Positions 1-9,409 are shown, counted from the stretch's first letter. The stretch: 57,516 nucleotides of DNA from a virus (IMGVR_UViG_3300025061_000001:1-57516), one strand, 5' to 3'. Numbers and translations: made by a program. The notes: generated by a model not told the origin, from the sequence alone.

Positions 1-127
1 AGCTCATTCGCCACTCCAATAACCAAGACGCCTTTTGAACATACGTACACGCTTTAAACTTTGACGTTTAGTATCACGTATTTTCAACTCCTCCTTATAA
101 CGCTTTACGAACTTAGTTTGCCAGGCG
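1..127. repeat. Terminal direct repeat copy 1 (identical to 57390-57516); probable circular-assembly overlap
   Basis: Bases 1-127 match 57390-57516; 127 is a common assembler k-mer; the repeat cuts through coding sequence. Confidence 0.9.
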
Positions 128-453
128 CTAAGCAAGCCAGGCTTATAATCATACATAGCCTTAAGCAATCGATAAGTTTGTATATCATGCTCTAAAGCTT
201 CATAACCCTCTAGCGCGTTGAAGAAGTCTTTCTTGCTGCACAGGTAAGCTTTGCCATTAGTTTCAAACCAGCATACCCCAGTTCTACGGTTATAGTATAT
301 ACCGTCACGGTCGAATATAGGCGACCACTCGCGGTAATAATGCTTCAATTCATAATCGTACCTTTCGTTCATGTGCTTAGCAAAGAACCCCTCACCTTTC
401 TGGTACTTGTAGAACAGTAAAGGCAACACTTTAATAGATGGTCGTTTAGCCAT
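4..453 (-). CDS. Hypothetical protein
   Basis: 149-aa ORF, 1-nt coupled to the upstream gene in a tightly packed leftward operon. Confidence 0.75.
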   Translation of the reverse strand: MAKRPSIKVLPLLFYKYQKGEGFFAKHMNERYDYELKHYYREWSPIFDRDGIYYNRRTGVCWFETNGKAYLCSKKDFFNALEGYEALEHDIQTYRLLKAMYDYKPGLLSAWQTKFVKRYKEELKIRDTKRQSLKRVRMFKRRLGYWSGE

Positions 454-695
454 TAGTCATCCCATACTTCATTTGTTACTATTTCAACAGACCGCTTCTC
501 AACAGCTACCAAGCGAACACAATTTTTAAGCTTTGCTCGCATATTACGCGTTACACGCTTTATAACGCTAGCTTGATTAATGTCTGTTACAAACTGCACA
601 TTCAGCTTAGGCTCGGGGCCTAAGCTTTCGCAGGTGCTAAGAACAGCAAACTCACCTTTACTGTTCATAAAGATACTACCTTTGACTTCACACAT
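453..695 (-). CDS. Hypothetical protein
   Basis: 80-aa ORF with AGGAG RBS, overlaps neighbours. Confidence 0.7.
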   Translation of the reverse strand: MCEVKGSIFMNSKGEFAVLSTCESLGPEPKLNVQFVTDINQASVIKRVTRNMRAKLKNCVRLVAVEKRSVEIVTNEVWDD

Positions 696-1092
696 CTTGT
701 ACTCCTAAGAAATTATCCATCATATTTTTAGGCACAGGTTCCCCATAAGTGATGCAATAATGAACGTAAGCTTGTTCCATCGTGCGGAAAGAAAAAGCCC
801 ATTTACCACCCTCGGGCATACATACCCATAAACCGCCTTTGACAGGTTTCATACGTGGCTTCACAATAGTAAACATTTTATGCTCACCCTGAAAGGCGGA
901 TAGGTCGTACCAACAATGCTTAAAAAAAAGTCCAAAAGACTGGTTAGGTAAAAACTCAACTTTAAGTAAAGCGTTTTCATGGTCTATTTCGGTAATACGA
1001 CCTTCAACACCCTGCTCACTTCTAACACGCTTGCCTAAATTCCTAACACGCCTGCCTAAATAGCGCTTAGTTAATTGATCTTGAATTGACAT
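688..1092 (-). CDS. Hypothetical protein
   Basis: 134-aa ORF, GGAGAAG upstream, abuts neighbours. Confidence 0.75.
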   Translation of the reverse strand: MSIQDQLTKRYLGRRVRNLGKRVRSEQGVEGRITEIDHENALLKVEFLPNQSFGLFFKHCWYDLSAFQGEHKMFTIVKPRMKPVKGGLWVCMPEGGKWAFSFRTMEQAYVHYCITYGEPVPKNMMDNFLGVQDV

Positions 1093-1437
1093 TTATTCTT
1101 CTCCTAATATGGTAGCAGCAGGACGTCCAAATTCACGTCTTATAGCTGCACAACGTTTTGAACAACTCAACCCCCAATTACGCAAGATATCCGCCTTACG
1201 TGCTTGGTAATGCTTGCCGCAATGGCAGCGCATATTGACTTTTACACCCCTTGCAGGCGCTGTGGTCGCTTTTCGCTTAACCCGCTTACGCACACTTCGC
1301 ATATAGCGCTCTTTTGCCATACGCTCCGTACAGCTTAACCCCTGATTACGCTCATTGCTAGATAGGAAGTCGTCCTGTTCTACTGATTCCTTACCATCCA
1401 ACCAATCGATTAACGCTTGTGCTTCGCTACACATCAC
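1093..1437 (-). CDS. Hypothetical protein with C-terminal Cys motif (CHCG...CSKRC), possible Zn binder
   Basis: 114-aa ORF; Cys spacing typical of small phage Zn-finger proteins. Confidence 0.7.
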   Translation of the reverse strand: MMCSEAQALIDWLDGKESVEQDDFLSSNERNQGLSCTERMAKERYMRSVRKRVKRKATTAPARGVKVNMRCHCGKHYQARKADILRNWGLSCSKRCAAIRREFGRPAATILGEE

Positions 1438-1661
1438 ACCACCTCAGCTTTTGACCATTCGTTTGCATTAAGCGCCAGCTCGCTTTTACGCGAATTAAAA
1501 TGACGCACAGTTAACACGCCACCAGTGCTGACAACAAGTTCGAACACGCTGGCGTTATATTCCTTGATGGTGACTAGCTTACCGTACCATTTACGCTTCT
1601 GAATTACTATACGCTGTGACATTAGTTCTCTCCATTTATTACGAGTCATATACATAACCAT
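1434..1661 (-). CDS. Hypothetical protein
   Basis: 75-aa ORF overlapping both neighbours. Confidence 0.6.
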   Translation of the reverse strand: MVMYMTRNKWRELMSQRIVIQKRKWYGKLVTIKEYNASVFELVVSTGGVLTVRHFNSRKSELALNANEWSKAEVV

Positions 1662-2140
1662 TTAATTAGTCGACCCACCAGCCAGTGACCACATAAGTCG
1701 TCGATTCGCATTTTGCGGCCGAGTGCTGTCTTTTCCCAATAGCCCGTGAGCCTGGCTTGCTCTTTCAGCTGTTCGCTATATTGTTGCTTCAATATGCGCG
1801 ATTGCATTTTTAACACTTCAGCTACTTCGGGTGCAAGCATAAAATCGAAGCTAGCTATTACACCATCACGGTCATGCTGGTGGTAATTAACAGTATTCGC
1901 GTGCTCAGCTAATGTAGGAAAGTCACGAGCAATAGCTTCAGCATTAGTGTACATCATATTATAGCTGAACTGAGCATAGCTGACGGTTTTTGTTTGCGGT
2001 ATATTGACTGGCGAGCCAGGCGTGAAAAACGAACTTTCATACTCCCTATCGTCTACCAGTATTTGACGGTTAAGCGAGTCCATATGGCGCGAAACCATAG
2101 TGTTGACGTGCGCATCAAGCACAATTGTATTATCTGACAT
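1646..2140 (-). CDS. Hypothetical protein, first gene of the leftward operon next to ori-like locus A
   Basis: Track ORF 1646-2167; ATG at 2140 has an AAGGTGA RBS. Confidence 0.7.
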   Translation of the reverse strand: MSDNTIVLDAHVNTMVSRHMDSLNRQILVDDREYESSFFTPGSPVNIPQTKTVSYAQFSYNMMYTNAEAIARDFPTLAEHANTVNYHQHDRDGVIASFDFMLAPEVAEVLKMQSRILKQQYSEQLKEQARLTGYWEKTALGRKMRIDDLCGHWLVGRLIKWLCI

Positions 2141-2220
2141 GTGTATCACCTTGTTTTGGTTGTTCAACTGCGACTAGTAAAGCACACATCATAGCATAAG
2201 TAAAGATTATTTACTTGACG

Positions 2221-2620
2221 GTGTTATCAGCGTAACACAGCGCGTAACCATAAAAAGCCGGAAAGTAACCTCAAAGGTTACGAGCTTTAAAGTATCTTTT
2301 GATAACAAATTAATTTTTGATGTTAAATTTAAAAATATTTATTAATAAAAAAATATATATAAAAAACAATAATATATATAAATATAAATAAATAGTAATA
2401 TTAATAGATGTATAGTCATAAACTGACACAAATATAAATAAAGCTATTTGCACTCACAAAAGCACATGACCTCGTAACCATATACACATAGGTACATATA
2501 TAAAATCAGGGAGGGGGTGTGTTTTTAGGTTACGAAGGTTACGAGCCCCTTTTTTCCTTAAAAATCAATAACTTACGCGGTTACGAGCAGGTTACTTTGA
2601 GGTTACGAAGGTTACGAGCT
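2221..2620. other. Putative replication origin A: GGTTAC(GAG) iterons flanking an AT-rich unwinding element
   Basis: Ten GGTTAC copies on both strands, nearly pure A/T tract at about 2300-2410, located at the strand divergence just upstream of the primase-helicase. Confidence 0.7.
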
Positions 2621-2762
2621 GGAAAAAGTCATATAAAAGAATACTGAATTAGTTAAAAATACTTAACCAAACACACAATAAACTTAATGAACCATCTAGC
2701 GCATAAATAAAGTTTTTCAACAGCTTTTGCCAAACACTGTAAAAACTCACACAGGAGCAACT

Positions 2763-2820
2763 CAACAGTTTAATTTACTCGCCCAACAGTTTAATTTAGT
2801 AGGTCAACGCTAAAGTTTAA
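2763..2820 (+). promoter_or_regulatory. Direct repeats CAACAGTTTAATTTA with 21-bp period, putative operator
   Basis: Copies at 2763 and 2784, partial CAAC at 2805, upstream of TTGCAA-17-TAACGT (2840-2868). Confidence 0.45.
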
Positions 2821-2898
2821 CACCTGATCAGCAAAATGCTTGCAATTGCACCCGTGAAGCTATAACGTGGTCAACCCTAGCTAACTCAGAGGTGTAAA

Positions 2899-3162
2899 AT
2901 GGCTACCTTAAACACAGAAGTCTTGTCGACTTTTATCGACCAAGGGGTTCGAACAGAAACCCCACAACAGCGCTTTGACGCGCACTATATAACAACGCAA
3001 GAGATCATGGAACTGGTGAACGTAACTCGCCCGACGGTCATCAGTAAACTTAAACATCGTTTCCCGACTATTAAAATAGGTAACACATACTTTTGGGAAC
3101 GCACGCCAGAAATCACGAACTTTCTGCAAGCATGGGATCTAATGCGCCAACAAGGTGAGTAA
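2899..3162 (+). CDS. Small HTH/excisionase-like DNA-binding protein
   Basis: YITTQEIMELVNVTRPTV...IKIGNTYFW pattern; GAGGT RBS. Confidence 0.6.
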   Translation: MATLNTEVLSTFIDQGVRTETPQQRFDAHYITTQEIMELVNVTRPTVISKLKHRFPTIKIGNTYFWERTPEITNFLQAWDLMRQQGE

Positions 3163-5538
3163 ATGTATCACAACATACCTCTTGAACTTAGGCTCAGGCC
3201 TCGTTGGTGTTTCACAGGGCGCGAAGTAGATGGCGGTGCAGCTAAAGCTCCGTTTTACTGGTGCGAACTTGAAAACAAATTTAAACCCCTGAGCCCACAC
3301 GATTATCATTTATGTCTGACGTTCGACGAACTTGAACCAATGCTCGCGGCTAACCCTGATCGCGGATTTGGCTTCGTAATGGTCGACGGTGACGGTTTAA
3401 CATGTATTGACCTTGATGTAAAAGACGACGCACCTATAAGCGCGACGGAAAGACAAATAGCGTTAGTTGATGGTATGACCACATATACCGAAGTTTCGCA
3501 AAGTGGTACAGGTTTGCACTTGTGGCTCAAAGGTGAAGTTAAGGGTGCTATTAAAACTAACGAAATGGAAGTGTATTCGCGCGAGCGTTTTATTATATGC
3601 ACAGGTAACGTTTATAAAGACCTACCTATCGCTGACGACCCTACCGTTATTGAGTTCTTTAATGCACGCGTACAGGAACGGGCTGAGTCGCTTAACTTTG
3701 TTGATGCACCGCAAACCAAAAGCGACGAAGAAATTGTGAAAGCTGCTTTCGAGGGCGATCACAGTGGTAAGTTCGCTTGCTTAATGGCTGGTGAGTGGCA
3801 AAAGTACGAAGAAATTATGCGTCGTCAAGGGTCTTACGAATTTACGTTCGACGCAAGCCAGGCTGACAGTGCGTTTATGACAATTATTACGTACTACACG
3901 CGAAACGTTGAACAGTGCAAGCGCCTGTGGCGTATGAGTGCTCTAGCAGACGTGACCAAGCGTTATCCGGGCAACGTAACAGAGCAGCGTAAAAAGGCCA
4001 AAAACCTTGGCACCGATTACAAGCTGTTACGCGCGATCAAATACGGTGTACACAAGAACGACACTGACGCTAAGCTTAAGAAGCAAATGGCAGACGATGC
4101 ACGCGAGGCAAGTCAAGCTCTAATTGCTAAAGCGAAAGCAGTAGCTCAAGGTAATGTTGAAGAACTTATTGGTACTGTGCCGCCTGTGGCTGGTGAGCTT
4201 GCATACCCGCCTGGCATGATGGGTGAACTTGCACGTTACTTCCAGTCGCAGTCAATTAAACCAATTAAGGATTTCGCTATTGCCGAAGCGTTAGCTGTGG
4301 CCAGTGGCTTATTCGGGCGCACGTACAATATAAGCGGAACAGGTCTTAACACATATCTAATGATGCTCGCACCATCGGGTTCGGGTAAATCAGCGTTAAG
4401 TAAGAACCCTGAAAACCTTATGACAATGCTTGAGCGTTCGCATGGTGTTATAGGTGCGCGGCAATTTATCATGTCTAAGCGCTTTACCCACGAGAACTCG
4501 ATGTTCCAAGAATTCAAAGACCGCTCGCAGTTCTGCCAGTGCTTAAGTGAATTCGGTAAGGTGTTCAAAAACATGGTGAGCGAGAACAACAGTGGTGGCG
4601 CGTTAGCTACTGTTCGCGAATGTATGACAGACATGTATTCTAAGTCGGGAATGTTTGACGTTGCTGGTGGTATGCGTTACGCAACAGCAGAACGATCGGT
4701 TGACTTAGGTTATCCGGTAGGGTACAGCTTCTTAGGCGAATCGGTTCCTGAACCATTCTTTGAAAGTATAACGCCTGATATGTTTACTGATGGTTTTATG
4801 TCGCGCTTTCTTATCATGCACTATCAAGGTGAAGTGCCTTATGACACTGTATACCAAGCGAAAGAACCACCACAGCACTTGTTACAGCATTTGGTACAAG
4901 CTGCGACGGGTGCAGTTCGTGCGCTCATGGACATTAACAGCGTGAACGTCACACAAGTTGGTCTTGACGCTTGGTCTGGTAAATGGTTCGCGGACTTTTC
5001 GCGTGAATGTACAGACAAGGTTAACGAGCACAAAAGCGCCCCTGTTATAGCGTCTCTGTGGACGCGTGCTAACCTTAAGGTATTAAAACTGGCTGCACTA
5101 TTGGCCACAATGGACTGTCCTAGCAGGCCTGTTATAGAGCAAGCGCACGTTGAATGGGCTTATGACTTTGTAATGCGTCACAATTACCTTGTATATAGTT
5201 CAATGCGTGACGGTTTACTTGCTAACTCAAGTGAGTCAGAAGCGCTTACGGCTTTACGTGAAATTATGATGTCTTTTTACACCTATTCAGGTGATCTTAA
5301 AGCTTATCATAAAAAGGGTAACGAAATGCAAGCTAACGGGCATGTTCCGTGGGGTTACATTCAACGCATCGCTAGTCGACGCGCAGCCTTTAAAGCTACG
5401 CAATGGAAAAAGTCAGCGCAAATTATACGTGAAGCAGTCGATGAGCTTAAACGCTCAGGAACTATCATACAACTAAGCCAGCAAGAAACGCTTGAAAAAT
5501 ACAGCACAACCGCTCTAATTTATCAGGTTGTGCATTAA
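3163..5538 (+). CDS. Primase-polymerase (AEP) fused to a helicase-like P-loop domain (DUF3987-like)
   Basis: CIDLD and EVSQSGTGLH prim-pol motifs; Walker A APSGSGKS. Confidence 0.85.
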   Translation: MYHNIPLELRLRPRWCFTGREVDGGAAKAPFYWCELENKFKPLSPHDYHLCLTFDELEPMLAANPDRGFGFVMVDGDGLTCIDLDVKDDAPISATERQIALVDGMTTYTEVSQSGTGLHLWLKGEVKGAIKTNEMEVYSRERFIICTGNVYKDLPIADDPTVIEFFNARVQERAESLNFVDAPQTKSDEEIVKAAFEGDHSGKFACLMAGEWQKYEEIMRRQGSYEFTFDASQADSAFMTIITYYTRNVEQCKRLWRMSALADVTKRYPGNVTEQRKKAKNLGTDYKLLRAIKYGVHKNDTDAKLKKQMADDAREASQALIAKAKAVAQGNVEELIGTVPPVAGELAYPPGMMGELARYFQSQSIKPIKDFAIAEALAVASGLFGRTYNISGTGLNTYLMMLAPSGSGKSALSKNPENLMTMLERSHGVIGARQFIMSKRFTHENSMFQEFKDRSQFCQCLSEFGKVFKNMVSENNSGGALATVRECMTDMYSKSGMFDVAGGMRYATAERSVDLGYPVGYSFLGESVPEPFFESITPDMFTDGFMSRFLIMHYQGEVPYDTVYQAKEPPQHLLQHLVQAATGAVRALMDINSVNVTQVGLDAWSGKWFADFSRECTDKVNEHKSAPVIASLWTRANLKVLKLAALLATMDCPSRPVIEQAHVEWAYDFVMRHNYLVYSSMRDGLLANSSESEALTALREIMMSFYTYSGDLKAYHKKGNEMQANGHVPWGYIQRIASRRAAFKATQWKKSAQIIREAVDELKRSGTIIQLSQQETLEKYSTTALIYQVVH

Positions 5539-5607
5539 TGTAATCTTTTATTGACATGTGAACGGTGCTATGGTAGTGCCGTTCGTAACTAAACGGAGAA
5601 AACGAAA

Positions 5608-6126
5608 ATGAGTACAGTTTTTAATACTCGATTAGTCCAGCAATGGGCACACGATAGAAACCTTATTAACGGTTCTAACCCTAAACAACAATTCCTTAAG
5701 CTTGCTGAGGAAGGTGGTGAGGTTGCAGAAGCTATTCTGGAATTTGACAAGGATAAGCTGGTAGATGCAATTGGCGATACCACTGTGGTCATTATTATTA
5801 TCGCTTCACAGCTTAACGTTGAACCAACAAATTTCACGTCTTGTACTTATAAGATGGATAAGCAGCCTAAAGATTTTGAAACGGGTGTTAAGACAAAAGA
5901 AGCGCTTGCGATTGGCTTACACGTGTTTAATCATCTTAAAGACGTAGCTGGTGATATTGCACGTGACCGCGATCCTCAAGAAAGTATGCACAGGGTTATG
6001 GCGGCTTTGTTTTTGCTGTGTGAACAGTGCTGTCTTGATTTTAGCGAATGCTTACGTAAAGCATACATGGAAATCAAAGACCGTACAGGTACAATGATTG
6101 ATGGTGTATTTGTAAAGGACGAATAA
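5608..6126 (+). CDS. mazG: MazG-like nucleotide pyrophosphohydrolase
   Basis: KLAEEGGEVA...DAIGD motif and AYMEIKDRTGTMIDGVFVK C-terminus. Confidence 0.8.
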   Translation: MSTVFNTRLVQQWAHDRNLINGSNPKQQFLKLAEEGGEVAEAILEFDKDKLVDAIGDTTVVIIIIASQLNVEPTNFTSCTYKMDKQPKDFETGVKTKEALAIGLHVFNHLKDVAGDIARDRDPQESMHRVMAALFLLCEQCCLDFSECLRKAYMEIKDRTGTMIDGVFVKDE

Positions 6127-6127
6127 C

Positions 6128-6556
6128 ATGAGTGCGTTTAATAAAGAACTTACCCTTGACCAAAAAATACTCGAATGGGCTGGCAATGCTGAAGCGTTAG
6201 CACGCATTAAGAAAATTGAAATGGAACAACGTAAGGAGCTTGTAAGTGAGCTGTTTCCTGAGCCTAAGTACGGCACACAGCACCACAACCTTGGTGGCGG
6301 ATACAAAGTTACGTTTGTCCATAAGCAAGACACCAAGCTTGACGAAGAAGCGTTCGCTCTTATCCAGCCTGAGCTTGAGAAGCTTGGTGATGATGCTAAA
6401 GCTGAGCTAACGAACGCGGTTAAATACAAAGCTAGTCTTGTGATGGCTGGTTACAAAGCCATGTCCGATCAAGTTAAAGAATTGTTTGATGAAGCGATTA
6501 TCACTAAAGACGCTTCTCCTAGCTTAAAGCTTGTTGTGCCAAAAGCTGATAAGTAA
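6128..6556 (+). CDS. Hypothetical phage protein
   Basis: 142-aa ORF in the replication operon. Confidence 0.7.
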   Translation: MSAFNKELTLDQKILEWAGNAEALARIKKIEMEQRKELVSELFPEPKYGTQHHNLGGGYKVTFVHKQDTKLDEEAFALIQPELEKLGDDAKAELTNAVKYKASLVMAGYKAMSDQVKELFDEAIITKDASPSLKLVVPKADK

Positions 6557-6654
6557 GTTAGTTGTTATCTAGCTTTTAGATCTTAGAGTGTTATTATAAA
6601 CACAACTTAAACGGGGTCACGTTAGACCCCCTCAAATGTAAACAAGGATATACC

Positions 6655-7092
6655 ATGCGTATTAAAAATCTTATCGCTACACTTTCAACTTCTTTGACCA
6701 CAATTGGTGTTCAGTTTAAAGACCACTCTGGCGAAGGCTTCGGCAAGGTTTACACGTACAAAACAGACCTTCAGCTTGAAGTAGGTGACGAAGTTATCGT
6801 TGATGCGCCTTCTACGGGTTTGACCGTTGTTAAGGTTGCACGCGTTGATACACTTGCAGATATTAACATGAACGCACCTTTCACTTATAAGTGGGTCGTT
6901 GGTAAAGTTGACGTTGAAGCACACGCTAAGCGTTTGGAAAAAGAAGCAGAACTTGAAAAAGAGTTCGCAGCTATCCAAGCTAAGGTTCGTAAAATGCGTC
7001 AAATCGCTGAGCTTAAAGCTGCACTTGGTTTCTCTGAAGACGAAAAGTGCGAAGAGCTGGACAAGTTGATGGCTAAAATCAACGAGCAATAA
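6655..7092 (+). CDS. Hypothetical phage protein (beta-rich N-terminus, coiled-coil C-terminus)
   Basis: 145-aa ORF, AAGGA RBS. Confidence 0.7.
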   Translation: MRIKNLIATLSTSLTTIGVQFKDHSGEGFGKVYTYKTDLQLEVGDEVIVDAPSTGLTVVKVARVDTLADINMNAPFTYKWVVGKVDVEAHAKRLEKEAELEKEFAAIQAKVRKMRQIAELKAALGFSEDEKCEELDKLMAKINEQ

Positions 7093-7138
7093 TTAACTTG
7101 ATGGGGTAGTATTTTCTACCCCTACTTTAGGAGTTAGT

Positions 7139-7324
7139 ATGTTTGAATATTTCTCACAAGCTTATCTTACAGTTGCTATCATACTTTATGTCGCAGCTAG
7201 CCTGACAACTAAAGAGAAGCATCCTAGCCTTCATCAAGCAGGTCTTAGTGCTTTCACAATCGGTGTTCTTACCGTACCAGTAGCGCTAGTATTTCTTTTA
7301 ATTCGTGAACTAATCGGAGCTTAA
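7139..7324 (+). CDS. Small two-TM membrane protein
   Basis: Two hydrophobic segments; AGGAG RBS. Confidence 0.65.
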   Translation: MFEYFSQAYLTVAIILYVAASLTTKEKHPSLHQAGLSAFTIGVLTVPVALVFLLIRELIGA

Positions 7325-7327
7325 TAA

Positions 7328-8071
7328 ATGGCTATACAGTTAGTAAGCGCGGACAGTCTAGCAGCTAGCAACGGTGTTAAGATTGTGATTTACGGTCGTT
7401 CTGGTATGGGTAAAACCATGCTTTCAGCGACAATGCCGAATCCAATTGTACTTAGCGCGGAAGCTGGTCTGTTATCACTAAAACGTGAAAATATTGAGCG
7501 TGTATGGGGTGTGAATAACCCTGCTATCACGTACGAAATCCCCGTAATTCAGATTCGCAACGTTAACGACCTTGTCGAAGCTGAGAACTATTTACGTACC
7601 GACCCGCAAGGCCAGCGTTTTAACCCTGTACTTGACTCAGCGACGGAAATTGCTGAACAAGTGCTTGCAAATGCTAAGAAGCAAGTAAAAGACCCCCGAC
7701 AAGCTTATGGTGAGCTCATTGAACAAATGACCAAAACCATTAAAGCTTTTCGTGACTTGCCTGGGCGACACGTTCAGCTTAACTTTAAAGAAGAACGTAG
7801 CAAAGACGAAGGTACTGGCATGACACTTGCCGGGCCAAGTATGCCAGGCCAGAAAATGGGCCCCGCTACACCTTATTTGACCGACGAGGTTTTCCAGTTA
7901 TTTGCTGGTAAGAACCCTGACGGTTCTATGTTCCGAGCTTTACGTACACAGCCTGACTTCAGCGCTGATGCTAAAGATCGGTCTGGTGCGCTCGATGAAT
8001 TAGAATACCCACACATCGGGAACATCATTAACAAAATACTGGGTACAACCAATCAAACTCAAACCGCTTAG
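7328..8071 (+). CDS. Sak4-like/AAA_24 ATPase (ssDNA-annealing recombinase)
   Basis: IYGRSGMGKT Walker A, VLDSATE Walker B, AKDRSG motif; adjacent to SSB-like gene. Confidence 0.8.
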   Translation: MAIQLVSADSLAASNGVKIVIYGRSGMGKTMLSATMPNPIVLSAEAGLLSLKRENIERVWGVNNPAITYEIPVIQIRNVNDLVEAENYLRTDPQGQRFNPVLDSATEIAEQVLANAKKQVKDPRQAYGELIEQMTKTIKAFRDLPGRHVQLNFKEERSKDEGTGMTLAGPSMPGQKMGPATPYLTDEVFQLFAGKNPDGSMFRALRTQPDFSADAKDRSGALDELEYPHIGNIINKILGTTNQTQTA

Positions 8072-8086
8072 ACGAGGATTTATATA

Positions 8087-8857
8087 ATGGCTGGATTAAA
8101 TTTTAACGCCGAAACAGTAGCACCGAACCAAGCTTTCGAAAACCTTGCGCCAGCATGGTACACTGCAATGATCACCGAGTCGGAAATGAAACCGACAAAA
8201 GGTGGTGACGGGTCTTATCTTGAAATTACGCTCGAAGTGATTGCACCACAGCAGTTCGCTGGCCGTAAGCTTTGGGATCGTTTGAACTTGAATAACCCTA
8301 ACGAAAAAGCGGTTGAAATTGCATACCAGACGCTTTCTGCTATCTGTCACGCAACTGGTGTGATTCAGGTACAAGACTCGCAGCAGCTTCACAACATTCC
8401 TATGGATGTGAAAGTTGGCTTGTCTAAAGTCACTGAGCAATACCCTGAGCCACGTAACGAAGTAAAAGGCTATCGTCCGGTTCAAGGTGGTACAGGTGCA
8501 GCAGCTCCACAAGGTATGTCAGCACCACAGGGCGCACCACAAGCTCCGCAGGGCATGGCAGCACCGCAAGCAATGCAGACGCAAGCTCCACAGCAAGCAC
8601 AAGCACCACAGCAAGGACAGTGGCAGCAGCCTAACCAAGCTCCGCAGCAAGCACCACAGAACGCTGCACCGCAAGAGCAAGCGCCTCAACAAGGTGGATG
8701 GCAGAACGCTGCACCACAGCAGGGAGCACCACAGCAAGCTCAAGCACCACAGCAGCAAGCTGACTTACCACCAGCAGAGCAGCACCCACAGACCAACCAA
8801 GGCGGTCAAGCAGCAGCTCAAGCAGGTACACCACCTTGGCTAGCTAATCAAGGTTAA
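8087..8857 (+). CDS. DUF669-like ssDNA-binding protein with Q/A/P-rich tail
   Basis: WYTAMITESEMKPTK...GRKLWDRLNL core, low-complexity tail ending PPW. Confidence 0.75.
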   Translation: MAGLNFNAETVAPNQAFENLAPAWYTAMITESEMKPTKGGDGSYLEITLEVIAPQQFAGRKLWDRLNLNNPNEKAVEIAYQTLSAICHATGVIQVQDSQQLHNIPMDVKVGLSKVTEQYPEPRNEVKGYRPVQGGTGAAAPQGMSAPQGAPQAPQGMAAPQAMQTQAPQQAQAPQQGQWQQPNQAPQQAPQNAAPQEQAPQQGGWQNAAPQQGAPQQAQAPQQQADLPPAEQHPQTNQGGQAAAQAGTPPWLANQG

Positions 8858-8875
8858 TCTTTAAGTTAACTATTT

Positions 8876-8901
8876 AAAAGGGGTCGTTTGACCCCTTTTT
8901 T
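8876..8901 (+). terminator. Intrinsic terminator
   Basis: AAAAGGGGTC-GTTT-GACCCCTTTTTT. Confidence 0.8.
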
Positions 8902-8920
8902 ATCAGTAGGAAAAATTATC

Positions 8921-9409
8921 ATGCTTGCACTACTAATCTACATTTTGACTATTATTTTGGTGAACATTGGGTTCACCTTAATACCTCCGATTGATATTGG
9001 CTTTGGTTTGTTTGCACCTATGTCGATCGTGGCGGGCGCTGTCTTTGTTGCGCGTGACTACGCACAGCGAGCAGTCGGTGACGTTGTCCTTGTTGCTATG
9101 ATTGTGGGATGCTTCGTTAGCTATGAACTAGCTGACCCTAATGTGGCCATAGCTAGCGCCGTTTCTTTTGCCTTTAGCGAGTTTATCGACTGGCTTATCT
9201 TTAGTCTTACCAAAAAACCTTTCAATGAACGTGTACTGATAAGCTCCCTTATAGCAGCACCAATTGATACAGCGGTCTTCCTGCTATACATAGACATTCT
9301 ATCAATACCCACATTTGTTCTTATGGTATTATCAAAGTTATTAGTAGCAATTGGAGTATGGCATTATGGAAAACGTCAGAAAGCGTGCGGAGTGGTTGAA
9401 TCCGCCTGA
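8921..9409 (+). CDS. yhhQ: YhhQ/VUT-family queuosine-precursor transporter-like membrane protein
   Basis: Multi-TM protein with RDYAQR, ASAVSFAFSEFIDW and PIDTAVFL motifs; ATG 8921 has AGGA RBS; que genes in the same genome. Confidence 0.7.
   Translation: MLALLIYILTIILVNIGFTLIPPIDIGFGLFAPMSIVAGAVFVARDYAQRAVGDVVLVAMIVGCFVSYELADPNVAIASAVSFAFSEFIDWLIFSLTKKPFNERVLISSLIAAPIDTAVFLLYIDILSIPTFVLMVLSKLLVAIGVWHYGKRQKACGVVESA

Noticed and set aside
1..127. 127-bp terminal repeat as a biological terminal repeat
   Set aside because: The length equals a common assembler k-mer and the repeat lies inside coding sequence; read-end mapping is needed to find the true termini
2520..2620. GGTTACGAG repeats as a CRISPR array
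   Set aside because: Units are 8-9 bp, occur in both orientations and have irregular spacing; there are no 25-40 bp repeats with unique spacers
8490..8850. CAG/GCA-rich repeats and overlapping ORFs at 8487-8843, 8519-8758 and 8631-8834
   Set aside because: Explained by the Q/A/P low-complexity tail of the SSB-like protein; the other frames are shadows
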